Assembly: GCF_009914755.1 (NCBI RefSeq)
Contig: NC_060930.1
Direction: 5' to 3' (one strand)
DNA from: the human T2T-CHM13v2.0 reference genome, Homo sapiens
DNA: 64,000 nt
In this document: positions 60,404-64,000 of the stretch, in pieces
Layout of the letters: every line of letters begins with the position of its first letter
Position numbering within the stretch: the stretch's first letter is position 1
The notes under the pieces: model-generated
What the model was told of the DNA's origin: nothing
Databases searched by the model: none
Seen by the model: the letters and a program-made list of their open reading frames with translations, nothing else
Program-made: the position numbers and the translations under genes

Positions 60404-60637
60404 AATGAGAACACTTGGATGCAGGGTGGGGAACATCACACACCAGGGCCTGTCGTGGAGTTGGGGGAGGGGGGAGGGGGGAGGGATAGCATTAGAAGAT
60501 ATACCTAATGTAAATGACAAGTTAACAGGTGCAGAACATCAACATGGCACATGTATACATATATAAAAAACCTGCACGTTGTGCACATGTACCCTAGAAC
60601 TTAAAGTATAATTAAAAAATAAATAAATAAAAAAGAA
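60404..60637 (+). mobile_element. Short 5'-truncated L1PA 3' UTR
   Basis: 'aatgagaacacttgg...gtaccctagaacttaaagtataattaaaaaa'; TSD agaattg(t/c)ct at 60394-60403 and 60638-60647. Confidence 0.92.
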
Positions 60638-61187
60638 AGAATTGCCTTAAATGCATATTAATCCATTAGATTTATCTATGCATGGATTATCTATAATAGA
60701 GGGTAGGATGGTTAAGGCTTTAGACATTATTTTTTAAGTGCTTAATAAATGTCCATCATCCAATGTGAAGCAAAATTAAAGTTAGGCTAAATAACTGAAA
60801 TTACTTTTAATTTTATGTTTCTTGTTTATTGCATTAAGTTGTGAAAGGTTGAAACATTGAACATAAAGTCAAATTATACTAAGCTATTATTGCTAAAGAT
60901 GTTTAGAGAAGTTTTATAATATTGTTTCAAAAAACTCAGTAAATTTTAATTTATAATTTATTATATTATTTATAATAGAAAAACCCTAATTAGTTTTCAA
61001 TAAAATTGATATAATGATGTGAAAATATTTAATTTCAATGCATTAAAAAGCACATAAACAATGGAATCTTAAGATATTGGCCCCAACATTCACATAACCA
61101 TCTGAAAAATGAAAATTAATTATTTATTTTATGGTGAAAAAATAAACTAGTCCTTATCATTTACTTTAGGGGCAGAAATTTATTATG

Positions 61188-61913
<726 letters not shown>

Positions 61914-61984
61914 TAATTAAATGAAATCCCATATCACTAAGAAAGTCATTTTGCAAATGTGATCCTTTGACCCATTAGAGTAGT

Positions 61985-62155
61985 CTTGATCCTTTCAGGT
62001 AGTTGTGAGGTGAAATTCTTTTCAAAATAGGACTAGACATTATTTTATATTTGCCTTTTCACTGTGTTGACATTTACACTGATTGCAAAAGAACTGATGG
62101 TAAGTAAAATTACATGTGCCTTAGCAGAAATTAAATCAGTGTCACTAAACTATAA
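61985..62155. mobile_element. Charlie1-like fragment
   Basis: 'tttgccttttcactgtgttgacatttacactgattgcaaaag...gccttagcagaaattaaatcagtgtcactaaact'. Confidence 0.7.
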
Positions 62156-62232
62156 TATATATATATATATACACACTTATGCACATATATATATACATGT
62201 ATTATATATATATATATATATGCATACACATA
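62155..62232. repeat. Interrupted (TA)n
   Basis: Direct reading. Confidence 0.9.
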
Positions 62233-63895
62233 CCACAGTTTGTTTACCCATCATCTGTTGAAGGACATCTGAGTTATTTCAAGTTTTGTGTATTACAAAT
62301 AAAGTTTTTATGAACATTTGCATTAAAGTGTTTTTGTGAACAGATTTCATTACTCTGGGACAAATGTCCAAAGGTGTGCCTACTGAGTAGTATAATTATT
62401 GCATATTTAATTTTAAGATAAATTGTCATAATTTTCCCAGAGTGGCTGTACCAGTTTATATCCCCACCCAAAATATATGAAAGATCCAGTTTCTCCACAT
62501 CCTTGCCAGAATTTTGTTGTTATTATTACTTTTTATTTTAGCCTTTTTGATAGATATGTAGTAATATCTCATGATTTTTATTTGCATTTTCCTCATGGCT
62601 AATGATGTTGAACATTTTTTAAACGTTCATTTACCATCTGTAAATCCTTTATGGTGAAATGTCTGTTAATGTCTTTTGCTCATTTTCTAATTGGATTGTC
62701 TTTTATTGTTCAGTTTTAGGAATTTTTTTTATGTATACCACAAAAGTACCCTCTGTTGGATACTTAGTTTGCAAATACTTTCTCCCCATTCATACCTTGT
62801 CTTTATTCCTCTTCACATGAAAGTTTGCACAGCCAAATATTTTAATTTTGATAATATCTAACATACAGTTTTTTTTAATTTCATGGGTTGAGGTGTTAGT
62901 GTCAAATCTAATAATTCTTTACCTAAACCTGAATCCCAGAAGTTTTCCATTCCTAGCTTTTCTTCAGTATTTATAGTATTAACAATTACATGTAAGTCTG
63001 CAATCCATTTTGAGCTAAGTTAAATAAATGTTGTGAGATTTAGATCAAAGTTTTTTTTTCCTTCTTTTCTTTGGATGTCAGATTGTTCCAAAATCATTTG
63101 TCAAGAATACTTTTTTTGTCTATTGAATATTGTTTGCAACCTTGTCAAAAATCAATTTGATGTGTTTGTGCTAGTCTATGTCTGGCTTTTGTGTTCTGTA
63201 CCATGTGTCTACGTGTCTCCATAGACAATGCCACATTGTCTTGATTTCTTTTTCTTGCCTTATTGCAGTGGCTAGACTTTCCATAGTGTGTTGAATGAGA
63301 GTAGTGATATCAGACATTCTTACCTTGTTCTGGATATTATGTGGAAAATATTCAATTTTCCATGATTAAGTATGATGCTAGCTGCAGGTTTGATGTAATT
63401 TTACTGTATTCCTATTTCCTCAATTTCCTCTATTCTTAACATGATAGGTTAACAGTTACTGAATTTTGTTAATGCTTTCTTCTACCTCAGTTGTCACATG
63501 ATTTCTTTTTTACTTTAGCATGTTGATATGGTGCATACAATATATTTATTTTGTAGACATTGAAACTGCTATGCATATCTGCAATAAATTCTACTTAGTC
63601 ATGATGCATAAATTTTTTATACATTATTGGATTTGCATTGCTAATTTTACTGATAATTTCTGAATATAGACTTATGAGTACTTTCAATCTGTAGTTTGGT
63701 TTTTTGTACCACCTTTGCATCAGAATTACATTGGCTTCATCACATGAGTTATGAAATTTTCCTTACTTTTCTATTCTGGGAAAATATTGCATAAAATCAC
63801 TATTAATTCTTTTTTATGTGTTTGTCACAATTCTCCAGTGAAATTATGTGGGCCTAGAGATTTCTCTTTCTTGAGTCACAATTACAAATTCAATT
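62233..63895 (-). mobile_element. Old LINE-1 (L1MC/MB-like)
   Basis: 'ccagagtggctgtaccagtttata', 'ccacatccttgccag', 'gacattcttaccttgttctgga'. Confidence 0.85.
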
Positions 63896-64000
63896 TTTTT
63901 TTCTCTTTTCTTTTGGAGATAGAGCCTTGCTCTGTCTCCCAAGTTGGAGTGCAGTGGCACAGTCTTCACTCACTGCAGCCTCTAACTTCTGGGCTCAAGT
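63895..64000 (-). mobile_element. AluJ, cut by the window edge
   Basis: 'ggagatagagccttgctctgtc...cactgcagcctctaacttctgggctcaagt'. Confidence 0.85.

Overview
AT-rich, repeat-dense primate genomic DNA, almost certainly human because it holds a consensus-perfect AluYa5 at 12236-12536. It looks intergenic or deep-intronic. I found no supportable host protein-coding exon, RNA gene or CRISPR array. Every long ORF in the track comes from LINE-1 (ORF1/ORF2 fragments, antisense ORF0), Alu or simple repeats. Content: one full-length, decayed L1PA5-like element (37755-43878) nested in an older L1M; four 5'-inverted (twin-primed) L1PA insertions with target-site duplications (TSDs); several solo LTRs; Alus; L2/MIR; and DNA-transposon relics (Charlie1, MADE1, MER5A, Tigger3). 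Two structures are not explained by transposons. (1) A perfect 88-bp inverted duplication of unique sequence (13641-13728 and 13948-14035) brackets an interrupted (TA)n tract, and a second TA tract follows; this fits a recent fold-back/template-switch event and makes a cruciform or dsRNA-hairpin candidate. (2) A ~250-bp copy of unique sequence from 2.1 kb downstream, plus a second short patch, is inserted into an old L1 at 46941-47206. Several smaller templated-repair scars are also present. I see no evidence of a novel multi-gene system. Repeat subfamily names come from recalled consensus sequences, not a database search, and boundaries of old elements are approximate.
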